Shown: positions 21,049 through 30,570, numbered from the stretch's first letter. The stretch is 64,000 nt of DNA from Thermomicrobiales bacterium (GCA_050696075.1 JBOGUF010000138.1:13684-77683), one strand, 5' to 3'. Translations and numbers: made by a program. The notes: generated by a model not told the origin, from the letters alone.

Positions 21049-22005
21049 ATGGCAGGAAGAGAGCGGGTCATCGGTATCGACCTCGGCGGCACGAACCTTC
21101 GCGCCGCCGTTGTTTCGTCGGATGGGTTGCTGAGCTGCCGGCAGAGCGTGCCCAGCGGGGCGGCGGATGGGCCCGACGCGGTCATCGAACGGATGGCGCG
21201 ATTGATCGCGGGGGTCGCCGCCGACGCCGATCTGGAAGGCGATGCGCCAGTTGGAGTGGCATCGCCTGGACCACTGAGCCCGCGTACTGGCATCGTGCAT
21301 TTCACGCCAAATTTGCCTGGATGGCTTGACGTGCCGTTGCGCGACCGATTGTCCGCCGCAACGGGCCGACGCGTTGTCGTGGACAACGACGCGAACTGTG
21401 CGACGGTTGGAGAGGCGCGTTTCGGCGTGGCGCGCGGTGCATCCGACGTTGTCTACCTCGGCCTCGGCACGGGAGTCGGTGGCGGGGTCATCACCAAGGG
21501 CGCGCTGGTCGACGGCGCGTTGGGTCTCGGAGGCGAGCTCGGTCACGTCGTGGTCTCGATAGACGGTCCCCGTTGCACCTGCGGCAGCGTCGGCTGTCTC
21601 GAAGCCTTCGTCTCCGGTTGGGCGATCGGGCGAGAGGGCGCGGCTGTGGCGGCGACGGCAGATGGCAGCGCCATCCGTGACGCGGCGGAGGGGCAGCCGG
21701 TCACAGCCTCTGCCGTGGCGCGGGCGGCAATGGCCGGAGATGCCGCGGCACGGTCGATACTGGAGCGGTCAGGTATCGCGCTGGGCGCGGCGATCGGCGG
21801 CTTTATCAACATTTTCAATCCCGATCTGGTCGTGATCGGAGGCGGACTAGTGGCCGTGGGCGATCTCGTCTTGGAACCGGCGCGACGCACGATTCCTCGT
21901 CACTCTTTCCGCGCGTTGCGTGACCATGCGCGGCTCGTTTTTGCCGAACTCGGCGACGACTCGGGACTCTACGGTGCCGCGGCCATTGCGCTCGACCGCG
22001 TCTGA
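21049..22005 (+). CDS. ROK family glucokinase
   Basis: IGIDLGGTNLR ATP motif and the ROK zinc motif CTCGSVGCLEAF. Confidence 0.85.
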   Translation: MAGRERVIGIDLGGTNLRAAVVSSDGLLSCRQSVPSGAADGPDAVIERMARLIAGVAADADLEGDAPVGVASPGPLSPRTGIVHFTPNLPGWLDVPLRDRLSAATGRRVVVDNDANCATVGEARFGVARGASDVVYLGLGTGVGGGVITKGALVDGALGLGGELGHVVVSIDGPRCTCGSVGCLEAFVSGWAIGREGAAVAATADGSAIRDAAEGQPVTASAVARAAMAGDAAARSILERSGIALGAAIGGFINIFNPDLVVIGGGLVAVGDLVLEPARRTIPRHSFRALRDHARLVFAELGDDSGLYGAAAIALDRV

Positions 22006-22034
22006 GCCGCCAGACCCGATCATGGAGCCCGCGC

Positions 22035-22064
22035 TTGACATGCCATTTTGGGCGGTGCTACAGT
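22035..22064 (+). promoter_or_regulatory. Near-consensus sigma-70 promoter for the peptide ABC operon
   Basis: TTGACA (22035-22040), an 18-nt spacer ending in a TGc extended -10, then TACAGT (22059-22064). It would leave a ~200-nt leader before the ATG at 22272. Confidence 0.4.
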
Positions 22065-22271
22065 CCACCCGTTCGCACCGATTCAAGCGGAGATGGACGT
22101 CGCGGGTGGGCGGCTACGTTGGCGTGATCATGGCTTTATCGCCTTCTCGCCGTATCATGGGCAACCGTTCCTTCGAGCAGGCGAACGAGAAACAAACGTC
22201 CATCTTCCAGGCGCGCTTGGCAACGCCGTGCCAGCCGAGAACGGCCACCGGTCACCTGGAGCGAGCCGCGC

Positions 22272-23210
22272 ATGCTCCGATTCACCTTTAGACGAGTTCT
22301 CTGGTTTGTTCCCACGCTGCTGGCGATGACGGCAGTCACTTTCGTCATCATGGAATTGACCCCCGGCAGCCCGTTCGATACGGGGGGCGCACAGGGCATC
22401 ACGCCGGCGATGATCGCGCAACTCGAGCAGCTTTACGGGCTGGACAGGCCGGTCTACGAGCGCTTCGTGCTCTACCTCTGGAACGGGCTGCGTGGTGACT
22501 TCGGCATGTCCTATGCCTACCGGCCGCAAGAGGTCTCCGACATCATCGGACGCACGTTCCCGATCTCGCTCCACCTGGGGACGATGGCGACGATCTTCGC
22601 GGTCGTGGTCGGGATGGCGCTCGGCATCCTGGCGGCGGTCAACCAGAACGGCCTTCTCGACTACTTCTCGGTCACGCTGGCGATCCTCTTTTACAGCATG
22701 CCGAATTTTGTGATGGGGTTCCTCTTGCTCCTCACGTTTGCCGTCTGGCTGCCGGACCTCGGACTCGACGTCGGCTTCCGCGTGCAGGGTTGGGACGGGC
22801 CGCTCGATTGGGTGCTGCCGACGATCGCGCTCGGGGCGGCGCCGCTGGCGGTGCTGGCGCGATACACCCGTTCGAGCATGATCGACGTCATCCGGTCCGA
22901 CTACGTTCGCACCGCCCGCGCGAAAGGATTGGCGGAGCGGAAGGTCATTCTGAAGCACGTCCTGAAGAACGCGCTAATCCCGGTCGTGACGATCATCGGA
23001 CCGATTTTCGCGGCCGTCGGCACCGGCACCTTCTTCGTTGAGCAGGTCTTCAATGTGCCCGGCATGGGGAAGTTCTACGTCGAGAGCATGCAATCGAAGG
23101 ACCAAACGATGATCCTGGCCGTGACACTGATCTACGGAGTCTTTCTCGCGCTGATGAATCTAGTGGTCGACCTCGTCTACGGCGTGATCGACCCGCGGAT
23201 TCGCTATTGA
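22272..23210 (+). CDS. Peptide ABC transporter permease (OppB/DppB-like)
   Basis: N-terminal MLRFTFRRVLWFVPTLL, EAA-type loop SDYVRTARAKGL, and six TM segments. Confidence 0.9.
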   Translation: MLRFTFRRVLWFVPTLLAMTAVTFVIMELTPGSPFDTGGAQGITPAMIAQLEQLYGLDRPVYERFVLYLWNGLRGDFGMSYAYRPQEVSDIIGRTFPISLHLGTMATIFAVVVGMALGILAAVNQNGLLDYFSVTLAILFYSMPNFVMGFLLLLTFAVWLPDLGLDVGFRVQGWDGPLDWVLPTIALGAAPLAVLARYTRSSMIDVIRSDYVRTARAKGLAERKVILKHVLKNALIPVVTIIGPIFAAVGTGTFFVEQVFNVPGMGKFYVESMQSKDQTMILAVTLIYGVFLALMNLVVDLVYGVIDPRIRY

Positions 23211-23235
23211 GCCGCGAAGCGAGGGCAGAGGGGCG

Positions 23236-24249
23236 ATGACGCACCCAGGCGCCGAGTACCGCGCATCCGACCGGGCGCTGGACCAAACCGATCTCTCGTT
23301 GCGGGGAGCCGAAAGCTCGGCGCCCGGCCCGATGGCCGCGGCGGAGGCCTCGCCGCTGGCCGGACTCGCCGCCGAGCGCGAGGCGAAGACGGGCCGGCAG
23401 GCGAGCTTGTGGGGCGATGCCTGGCGACGCTTGATCCGCAACCGGCTGGCGATCATTGGGTTGGTGATCGTTGTCCTCTTTGTCTCGCTGGCCATCCTGG
23501 CGCCGGTGCTGGCGCCGTACAAAGAGAGCGAGGTCGTCGACCCGCGGCTGGCGCGGTACGAACCGACCTGGACCTGGCCGATGGGTCTCGACGCCAACGG
23601 GCGGGACATTTTCAGCCGCTTGCTCTACGGGGCGCGCGTGTCGCTCCTTGTCGGCGTCGTCGCCCAGGTCATCGTGCTCCTGATCGGCGTGCCGGTGGGC
23701 GCCTTCGCGGGGTATTACTCCGGGCTGCGAGGCGACATCGTCATGCGAATCGTCGACGTCGTCTACGCGATTCCGCTGGTTTTGCTGGTCTTGCTTTTTC
23801 TGAACTGGTGGGGCTCCGGCTTGACGAACATCTTCATCGCGCTCGGTGTCGTCGGCTGGGTGACGATGTCTCGCCTCGTGCGTGCCCAGTTCCTGACGTT
23901 GCGCGAACAGGAGTATGTCAAGGCGGCGCGGGTTTCGGGCGCGGGACCGCGCTACATCGTCGCTCGTCACCTGTTGCCTAACAGCTTGACGCCGATCATC
24001 GTGGCGCTGACCTTTGGCATCCCGGAGGCAATCTTTCTGGAATCGGCGATTAGTTTCGTGGGCGTCGGCATTCAGGCGCCCCAGGCAAGCTGGGGTCAGA
24101 TGGTGGGCGAGGGGAGTCGCCTTGGCTACATTCAGTCCGATCCGCATATGCTCCTCTTTCCCGTGCTGGCCATCGGCCTGACGATGCTTGGCTTCACCTT
24201 CTTGGGGGATGGGCTGCGGGACGCGCTCGACCCGAAGGGGAACGACTGA
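23236..24249 (+). CDS. Peptide ABC transporter permease (OppC/DppC-like)
   Basis: WRRLIRNRLAIIGLVIV N-terminal motif and EYVKAARVSGAG EAA loop. An alternative start is at 23332. Confidence 0.9.
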   Translation: MTHPGAEYRASDRALDQTDLSLRGAESSAPGPMAAAEASPLAGLAAEREAKTGRQASLWGDAWRRLIRNRLAIIGLVIVVLFVSLAILAPVLAPYKESEVVDPRLARYEPTWTWPMGLDANGRDIFSRLLYGARVSLLVGVVAQVIVLLIGVPVGAFAGYYSGLRGDIVMRIVDVVYAIPLVLLVLLFLNWWGSGLTNIFIALGVVGWVTMSRLVRAQFLTLREQEYVKAARVSGAGPRYIVARHLLPNSLTPIIVALTFGIPEAIFLESAISFVGVGIQAPQASWGQMVGEGSRLGYIQSDPHMLLFPVLAIGLTMLGFTFLGDGLRDALDPKGND

Positions 24250-24291
24250 CGAGTACCGAGTACCGGGTACCGAGTACCGAGTACCGAGTGC
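24250..24291. repeat. Heptanucleotide tandem repeat (CGAGTAC)x6
   Basis: cgagtac cgagtac cgggtac cgagtac cgagtac cgagtgc begins immediately after the permease stop, in the 98-nt gap before the ATPase gene. Confidence 0.9.
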
Positions 24292-24347
24292 CCAGGGCTG
24301 ACAGCTGATGGCTCGGCCGGGGCTGGCGTAAAGATGGCGAGTGGTTG

Positions 24348-25415
24348 ATGGGCGATCGGGCGAGCGAGGCAACGAATGGCGTGGGGAACGTGCTTGAGGT
24401 GAGGAACCTCAAGACGCGGTTCTTCACGCGTGCCGGGGTTGTCTTTGCGGTCGACGACGTCTCGTTCGTGGTGGGCGAGGGGGAGACGCTCGGCATCGTC
24501 GGCGAGTCCGGATGTGGGAAGAGCGTGACGTCACTCAGCATCATGCGCCTGGTGCCGAACCCGCCCGGCCGGATCGTCGGTGGAGAAATCGTCCTGCGCG
24601 CCGAGGGCAAGGACAGGGATCTGGCGAAGATCTCCGACAGTGAGATGCGCCACATCCGCGGCAACGAAATAGCAATGATCTTCCAGGACCCGATGACCTC
24701 GCTCAACCCGGTCTATACCGTCGGCGACCAACTGATGGAACCGCTGATGCTCCATCTGGGGCTGAAAAGACACGAGGCGGAGCAACGAGGGATCGACCTG
24801 CTGCGTCGCGTTGGTATCCCGGCGGCCGAGGAGCGGTTCTACGCCTTCCCGCATCAGTTTTCGGGCGGCATGCGCCAGCGCGTCATGATCGCGATGGCGC
24901 TCGCTTGCAACCCGCGGGTGCTCATCGCCGATGAACCGACGACGGCGCTCGACGTCACGATCCAGGCGCAGATCCTCGACCTCATGGCGGGCCTCAACCG
25001 CGATCTCGGCACGGCGATCATCTTGATTACTCACGATCTGGGAGTGGTCGCGGAGGTCTGCCGGCGCGTGCTCGTGATGTATGCCGGCAAGATCGTCGAA
25101 GAAGGGGCGGCCAAAGATCTCTTTGCCAACCCGCAGCATCCATACACGATGGGGTTGCTGCGGTCGATTCCCAAACTCGGCGATCGAGTCAAGGAGTCGT
25201 TGGTGCCGATTGGCGGCCTGCCCCCCGATCTCCTCGCGCCACCCACCGGCTGCCGGTTCCGGCCGCGTTGCCCCCGGGCGCGGGAGAAGTGCGAAGAAAC
25301 GCCTCCGCTGGCCGAGACGGCGCCGGGGCAACGCGCGGCGTGTTGGTTCCCTGGCGCCATAGGGGAACTTGATCCGGCTATCGCCTCGGCGGGCATGTCT
25401 CGTGAAACGGGCTAG
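24348..25415 (+). CDS. Peptide ABC transporter ATP-binding protein (OppD/DppD-like)
   Basis: [18 protein letters not shown] and [12 protein letters not shown] motifs. It is a paralog of 12879..13949. Confidence 0.9.
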   Translation: MGDRASEATNGVGNVLEVRNLKTRFFTRAGVVFAVDDVSFVVGEGETLGIVGESGCGKSVTSLSIMRLVPNPPGRIVGGEIVLRAEGKDRDLAKISDSEMRHIRGNEIAMIFQDPMTSLNPVYTVGDQLMEPLMLHLGLKRHEAEQRGIDLLRRVGIPAAEERFYAFPHQFSGGMRQRVMIAMALACNPRVLIADEPTTALDVTIQAQILDLMAGLNRDLGTAIILITHDLGVVAEVCRRVLVMYAGKIVEEGAAKDLFANPQHPYTMGLLRSIPKLGDRVKESLVPIGGLPPDLLAPPTGCRFRPRCPRAREKCEETPPLAETAPGQRAACWFPGAIGELDPAIASAGMSRETG

Positions 25416-25422
25416 ACAACCG

Positions 25423-26439
25423 ATGACTGACTCCGACCGAGCATCGACGTCGACCGCGGCCTCGCCGAGCGCCAATGGTCACGAGATTCTCAAGGTCGAG
25501 CATCTCAAGAAGTACTTCACGCTCGGAGGTGGACTCCTCGGCGGGCGAAAGTTGACGATTCGGGCGGTGGACGACGTCTCCTTTTCGATTCGGGAGGGCG
25601 AAACCTTCGGCCTCGTCGGCGAGTCGGGGTGCGGCAAGACGACGCTCGGCCAGACAATAATCCGCCTCTACGACCCCACCGAAGGCCACGTCTACCTCAA
25701 TGGCGATGACATCAGCCGGCTGAAACCGCGCGCGATGCAGCCGTATCGGCGCAATCTCCAGATGATCTTTCAGGATCCGTCGGCGTCGCTCGACCCGCGG
25801 ATGACGGTCGGCTCGGTTATTGCCGAGCCGCTGAACATCTTTGGTCAGGGAAGCCGGGCCGAGCGCCGGGAGCGCGTGCAGGAGTTGCTGCGCGTCGTGG
25901 GCCTCAATGCCTATTTCGCCAATCGGTATCCGCACGAGTTCTCCGGCGGCCAGCGCCAGCGCATCGGCATCGCCCGCGCGCTGGCGCTCAATCCGAAGCT
26001 CGTCATCTGCGACGAGCCGGTGTCGGCGCTCGACGTCTCGATTCAGGCGCAGGTCTTGAACCTGCTCAAGCGGCTGCAAGCGCAGTTCGATCTCACCTAC
26101 CTCTTCATCGCGCACAACCTGGCGGTGGTGGCGCACATCAGCGACCGGGTTGGGGTGATGTACCTGGGCAAGCTGGTTGAAATCGGCGAGGCCCGAACCA
26201 TCACCGAGAACCCAAAGCATCCGTACACTCAGGCACTCATCTCCGCGATTCCGACGCCCGAACCAGGCAGGGCGCGCAATCGGATCATCCTCGAAGGCGA
26301 CGTGCCGAGCCCGGCGAATCCGCCGAGTGGGTGCCGGTTCCATCCGCGCTGCCCGATAGTGCGCCCGAACTGCGCGGTCGACGAGCCAGAGCTGGTCGAC
26401 AAGGGCGACAACCATTGGGTTGCATGTCACTATGCCTAG
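25423..26439 (+). CDS. Peptide ABC transporter ATP-binding protein (OppF/DppF-like)
   Basis: [17 protein letters not shown] and LVICDEP motifs. The ATG at 25423 lies just after the stop of the upstream gene. Confidence 0.9.
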   Translation: MTDSDRASTSTAASPSANGHEILKVEHLKKYFTLGGGLLGGRKLTIRAVDDVSFSIREGETFGLVGESGCGKTTLGQTIIRLYDPTEGHVYLNGDDISRLKPRAMQPYRRNLQMIFQDPSASLDPRMTVGSVIAEPLNIFGQGSRAERRERVQELLRVVGLNAYFANRYPHEFSGGQRQRIGIARALALNPKLVICDEPVSALDVSIQAQVLNLLKRLQAQFDLTYLFIAHNLAVVAHISDRVGVMYLGKLVEIGEARTITENPKHPYTQALISAIPTPEPGRARNRIILEGDVPSPANPPSGCRFHPRCPIVRPNCAVDEPELVDKGDNHWVACHYA

Positions 26440-26458
26440 GCGGCGTTTGCCAAGCTCT

Positions 26459-26601
26459 GTCATGCTGAGGCGAAGCCGAAGCACGCCCTGAGGACCCGAC
26501 GGGCAGCCCCCGCGCGAAGCGCAGCGGCCCCCCAACCCCCAATCCTGGGGGAGCACGTCGGGGCGGCTTCGCCGGGGGATGCTTCGATGCCTCAGCATGA
26601 C
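26459..26601. repeat. About 143-bp palindromic intergenic element with 13-bp perfect terminal inverted repeats and a C5/G5 core hairpin
   Basis: The left end GTCATGCTGAGGC (26459-26471) is complementary to the right end GCCTCAGCATGAC (26589-26601). The core is CCCCCAATCCTGGGGGAGCACG (26536-26557). A related core occurs at 28631-28653. Confidence 0.8.
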
Positions 26602-26788
26602 GGGGTGCCAACGCGGTCTACCGATTGGGTGTGCTTCTGGCAAGACTGACCAATGAAAGGAGGGGCCGATCCGCTCGCTTTCTGCTATGGTTCACGCTGC
26701 ACGCGCAAGACAGATCGGGTCCGACATGGCTGGAGTGACCAGCCTTCCGTCTTATTGGTGGTCAACGGCGACCACGGAGGGAGTACGG

Positions 26789-28615
26789 ATGTCAGCGGAT
26801 GATCGCGATCTCACCGGCCAATTGGAGATCATGAAGCGTCGCTTGGAAGCGGGAGGGATGAGCCGCCGCCAGGTGTTGAAGGTTGCCGCCTCGGCGGCCG
26901 GGACCGCGATGGCGGGAGCGGCCGCGATTGCGCCGCGCGGTGCGGAGGCCGTGGGTGGCGCCCGCGCCCGGAGGATGAACGCACTTGCTCAGACGACGGG
27001 CGAGGAACAGGTCTTCTACAACCCCAATATCAACGACAACCCGTCGAGCTTCGACTGGAACCTCAATCTCTACTGCAATGCCGAGGTGGAGACCTTTGCC
27101 GGCCTGCTGACCTTCAACGAGAACCTCGAGGCGGTTGGTGACTGGGCTGAGACTTTCACCGCAAACGAGGACGCGTCGGTCTGGACCTTCAGCATCCGCC
27201 CGAACAACACCGGATGGTCCGACGGCACGCCGGTGACGGCGAACGACTTCGTCTGGTCGTTCCGCCGTCAACTCGATCCGGCAAACGGCGCGGCCTACGC
27301 CGGATTTCTCTTCGACATCAAGTACGCCGAGCAGCTCAATACCCAAACGCCGGTCGACGACGCTGCCGACCCGTTGAACGGCACGATCCCAACGGTTGAA
27401 GATATTGGCGTCGTGGCGCTCGACGACTGGACACTCGAGGTTACCTGCGCGGGGCCGCGCGCCTACTTCCCGCAAGTCGTCGCCTATATCGCGGCCTATC
27501 CGTCGCCCCAGTGGATGGTCGAAGAGTATGGCGACCGCTGGGCATTGGGGCAGGATATCCCGATCGTCTCCAACGGCCCATTCAAGGTCGACAACTGGGA
27601 GTACGACGTCAAGATCGAGCTGTCCAAGAACGAGGGATATTGGGACGCCGAGAGGATCCGGCTTGCCACGGTTGTCGATCCGATTTACCCGGCGGCCCAG
27701 AACGTCCTGCTCTACGAGGAAGGCTCCGGTGACCAGCGCCTCGACTGGACGACGTTGAGCGCGGCCGATTACTCCCGCTTCCAGGAGGATGCGGAGCTTT
27801 CGCAGCAGATCCAACCCTATGTCTATCCCGGCATCTGGATGCTGCTGCCGCAAGTGACGGTCGAGCCGTTCAACGACTTGCAGGTCCGTCAGGCACTGAG
27901 CCATGCCATCGATCGGAGCCGGCTGGAGACGTTGACCAATGGCCTCGTGACGCCTGCCTGGTGCATGGTGCCCGCTGGGGTGTTCGGATTCCTGGACGAT
28001 CCGTCGTTGCAGGAGGTCCAGAACTTCGATCCGGCGTTGGCGATGGAAATGCTGCAGGGCACACCGTACGAAGGCGGCGAAGGTTGGCCCGAAGTCACGA
28101 TGTACATGCGGGCGGACGAAGAGATCTACAACGCCGACATCATGGCGAACGACCTCGTCGCGCAGTTGCAGGAGAACATCGGTCTGGAGATCTCAATCCA
28201 GACAGTTCCCCAGTCGAACTTCAGCGAGCAGCTCTTCGAGAACACCTGGCCACTCGTCTTTATCCGCTGGTGGTACGACTACCCGGATCCCAACAACGGC
28301 TACGGCGACATGTTCTACAGCCGAAAGGCGTCAGGCAAGCGCCAGGCGTGGTCGAACGACGAGTTCGACGACCTGGTCAACGCCGGACGGGCCGAACCTG
28401 ACACGGCGAAGCGCCTCGATGTCTACCTCCAAGCGGAGACGGTCATCCAGCAAGACGTCGGGTACATGCCGCTTGTCTACCGGCAGGATCAAAATGTCTT
28501 CAAGCCCTGGGTCAGGGGCGTGCCGGTCAACAACAACGGCTATGCGGTGCCGAACGGCAACATCTTCGTTCGAATGTTGACCAAGGCATACGTCGAGGGG
28601 AGACCGGCCGAGTAG
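26789..28615 (+). CDS. ABC transporter substrate-binding protein, family 5 (OppA/DppA-like), Tat signal
   Basis: The ATG at 26789 is preceded by GGAGGGA. It has a twin-arginine signal MSRRQVLKVAASAAG...AEA and family-5 SBP length and composition. Confidence 0.9.
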   Translation: MSADDRDLTGQLEIMKRRLEAGGMSRRQVLKVAASAAGTAMAGAAAIAPRGAEAVGGARARRMNALAQTTGEEQVFYNPNINDNPSSFDWNLNLYCNAEVETFAGLLTFNENLEAVGDWAETFTANEDASVWTFSIRPNNTGWSDGTPVTANDFVWSFRRQLDPANGAAYAGFLFDIKYAEQLNTQTPVDDAADPLNGTIPTVEDIGVVALDDWTLEVTCAGPRAYFPQVVAYIAAYPSPQWMVEEYGDRWALGQDIPIVSNGPFKVDNWEYDVKIELSKNEGYWDAERIRLATVVDPIYPAAQNVLLYEEGSGDQRLDWTTLSAADYSRFQEDAELSQQIQPYVYPGIWMLLPQVTVEPFNDLQVRQALSHAIDRSRLETLTNGLVTPAWCMVPAGVFGFLDDPSLQEVQNFDPALAMEMLQGTPYEGGEGWPEVTMYMRADEEIYNADIMANDLVAQLQENIGLEISIQTVPQSNFSEQLFENTWPLVFIRWWYDYPDPNNGYGDMFYSRKASGKRQAWSNDEFDDLVNAGRAEPDTAKRLDVYLQAETVIQQDVGYMPLVYRQDQNVFKPWVRGVPVNNNGYAVPNGNIFVRMLTKAYVEGRPAE

Positions 28616-28619
28616 GCTC

Positions 28620-28707
28620 GGCCCCCCCCGCCCCCCAATTCTGGGGGGAGCACGACGGACGACGACGCGCTCACCCGTCTCTCCCAAAGTTGGGGGGCAG
28701 GGGGGCC
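28620..28707. repeat. C-run/G-run palindromic element related to 26459-26601
   Basis: GGCCCCCCCCGCCCCCCAATTCTGGGGGGAGCACG ... CTCCCAAAGTTGGGGGGCAGGGGGGCC. It shares CCCCCAAT(C/T)CTGGGGGAGCACG with the upstream element, and its outer C-runs are complementary to the distal G-runs. Confidence 0.75.
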
Positions 28708-28711
28708 GTAG

Positions 28712-28737
28712 CCGGGGCGCCCAATTAGGCGCCCCGG
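28712..28737 (+). terminator. GC-rich hairpin terminator after the SBP gene
   Basis: CCGGGGCGCC-caatta-GGCGCCCCGG (10-bp stem) followed by TTATCTTT. Confidence 0.5.
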
Positions 28738-28855
28738 TTATCTTTGGCCCTTTACCGTCTCGGGTTCCTTCGTGCCATACTCGATAAGGGCCGTCGCGCA
28801 TGTTGTCGTTGTGCTGACGGCTGATGGCTGTTGGCTCAACGAAGGGATATGGCCG

Positions 28856-29806
28856 GTGGAGTCTACGCACCCGCGCGTTCTTTGGTGGAATGGCGAGCAG
28901 GTCAAGTGGGAGGAGGCGACGGTCCACCTGACCGAGATCGCCTGGTCGACGGTCGGCGCCGTCTTCGAAGGTATCCGGGCCTATTGGAACGATGATCAGG
29001 GTGAGATCTACGTCTTCCGACTCCGGGACCATCTCGAACGGCTGATGCGTTCGATGAAGCTGGTGCGCCTACCGATCCACTACTCGGTCGAGGAACTCCA
29101 GGCGGCAATCCTTGGACTTCTCCGGGACAACGAGGTTCGCGAGGACACGTACATCTTCCCGCTCGCCTTCACCGCCGAGACGACCAAGCGGCGTTACGAC
29201 CGGCCGGGATTTGAGTCGTCAGTCTACATTACGACCAAGCCGATGCCTTCGCACCTGTTGACCGGGATGACCCACAACGTCCGAGTCAGCTCGTGGCGGC
29301 GGATTTCGGAAGAGGTGATGCCGCCGCGGGCGAAGAACGTCTCCAACTATCGCAATGGGCAACTGGCGCGGATGGAAGTCCAAGCCGACGGCTATGACAA
29401 CGCGTTGCTTCTCAACCTCCAGGGCAAAGTGGCCGAGGCGCCCGGCGCGTGCGTCGTGCTGATGCGGAACGGCGTGATGATCACGCCTGATTTGACGAGT
29501 GGCATCCTCGAAAGCATCACGCGCGACGCGATCCTGACGATGGCGCGCGAGAAGCTTGGCTTGAAGGTCGAAGAGCGCGTCGTCGACCGGACGGAACTAT
29601 ACGTCGCGGACGAGGTCTTCCTCTGTGGCACGGCCGCCGAGATTACGCCGGTCGCGGAGGTCGACAAGTATCCCGTCGGCAGTGGCGAGATCGGCCCGGT
29701 GACGCACGAGTTGGAGGTGCTGTTCAACGACGTGCTTCGTGGCCGCACGGATGCCTATGCTGGTTGGCGAACGCCGGTTGGAGTTGCCGCCGCCGTAGGC
29801 GTCTGA
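28856..29806 (+). CDS. ilvE: Branched-chain amino acid aminotransferase (class IV)
   Basis: WWNGEQVKWEEATVHL..., FEGIRAY, and C-terminal GTAAEITPV...YAGW. The GTG start at 28856 is inferred; the ORF is open from 28772. Confidence 0.85.
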   Translation: MESTHPRVLWWNGEQVKWEEATVHLTEIAWSTVGAVFEGIRAYWNDDQGEIYVFRLRDHLERLMRSMKLVRLPIHYSVEELQAAILGLLRDNEVREDTYIFPLAFTAETTKRRYDRPGFESSVYITTKPMPSHLLTGMTHNVRVSSWRRISEEVMPPRAKNVSNYRNGQLARMEVQADGYDNALLLNLQGKVAEAPGACVVLMRNGVMITPDLTSGILESITRDAILTMAREKLGLKVEERVVDRTELYVADEVFLCGTAAEITPVAEVDKYPVGSGEIGPVTHELEVLFNDVLRGRTDAYAGWRTPVGVAAAVGV

Positions 29807-30570
29807 GCGAACAGCTCGTTGTCAGGCTCTTCTTCCCATTGCACCCCGTATGGGCGAGAGGCGTAGTCGTAGAGGAACCGCGGAAAAGCCGCGCGGTCCG
29901 GATGGCTGAAGCCGCGCCACTCGGGCTTGACCTCCGAGAGTTGGATCATGAAGGTGACGTCGCCGTTGCGGTAGAAGCAATAGAGGCTCCAGCGTTCGTG
30001 GCGTTCGAGGAGCGTAAAGTCGCTCAAGAGCCGCTCTTGGTGGGCGCGCAGGTGGGCGTAGGCTGCCTCCAGATCGTCGACGACGAAGCCGAGATGGTGC
30101 CAGCTCGACGGCTGGCCGGACGAGAGCGGCGCCTCCTGACCGGCGTCGAAGAGGAAGAGCGCGGTGTGACCGGTGGCCAACACTGTCAGGTGCGCGTCAT
30201 GCCGCATGACCTCCATCTGGAGGACCTCGCGAAAGAAGTCGCGGGCGCCGGTCCGGTCCACGACGGTGATCGCTAAGTGGTCGAACCCGACGTTGCGCCA
30301 CGCTCCCGCCCGGGCTGCGATTGGGTGGGCGGTGGTGAAGAGCTCGCTCGTGTCGTAGTGGTCGACGACGTCGCCGATGAAGTTGTCGGCGAAGACCTCC
30401 GCGCCAGCGGGCGTGCGAAAGGTGAGGCGGTGTCCGACCGTGAGGTCGTGGGGTAATGCCGCATGGATCGCTTCGTGGACGATCTGGCCGCGTCGCATCA
30501 CCGCGGAGTGTGCCGCTTCATCGATGAAAAAGTTGACGCGAACTTCGTCGTCCGGGTTCCGTACTGCCAC
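29755..30570 (-). CDS. VOC (glyoxalase/bleomycin resistance/extradiol dioxygenase) family protein, two-domain
   Basis: FDHLAITVVDRTGARDFFREVLQMEV and WHHLGFVVDDLEAAYAHLRAH motifs. Its 3' end overlaps the ilvE 3' end by 52 nt. Confidence 0.75.
   Translation of the reverse strand: MAVRNPDDEVRVNFFIDEAAHSAVMRRGQIVHEAIHAALPHDLTVGHRLTFRTPAGAEVFADNFIGDVVDHYDTSELFTTAHPIAARAGAWRNVGFDHLAITVVDRTGARDFFREVLQMEVMRHDAHLTVLATGHTALFLFDAGQEAPLSSGQPSSWHHLGFVVDDLEAAYAHLRAHQERLLSDFTLLERHERWSLYCFYRNGDVTFMIQLSEVKPEWRGFSHPDRAAFPRFLYDYASRPYGVQWEEEPDNELFAQTPTAAATPTGVRQPA

Noticed and set aside
22048-22329. 93-aa ORF within the leader of the peptide ABC operon.
   Set aside because: It has no RBS and poor composition, and it runs out of frame into the well-supported permease gene start at 22272.
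24250-24291. Heptamer arrays at 24250-24291 and 43646-43712 as a CRISPR array or telomere-like (TTAGGC) repeats.
   Set aside because: The units are 7 nt with no spacers, so this is not a CRISPR architecture. The TTAGGCG copies are arranged as an inverted repeat inside an operon on what appears to be a bacterial chromosome, so they are not terminal telomeric repeats.
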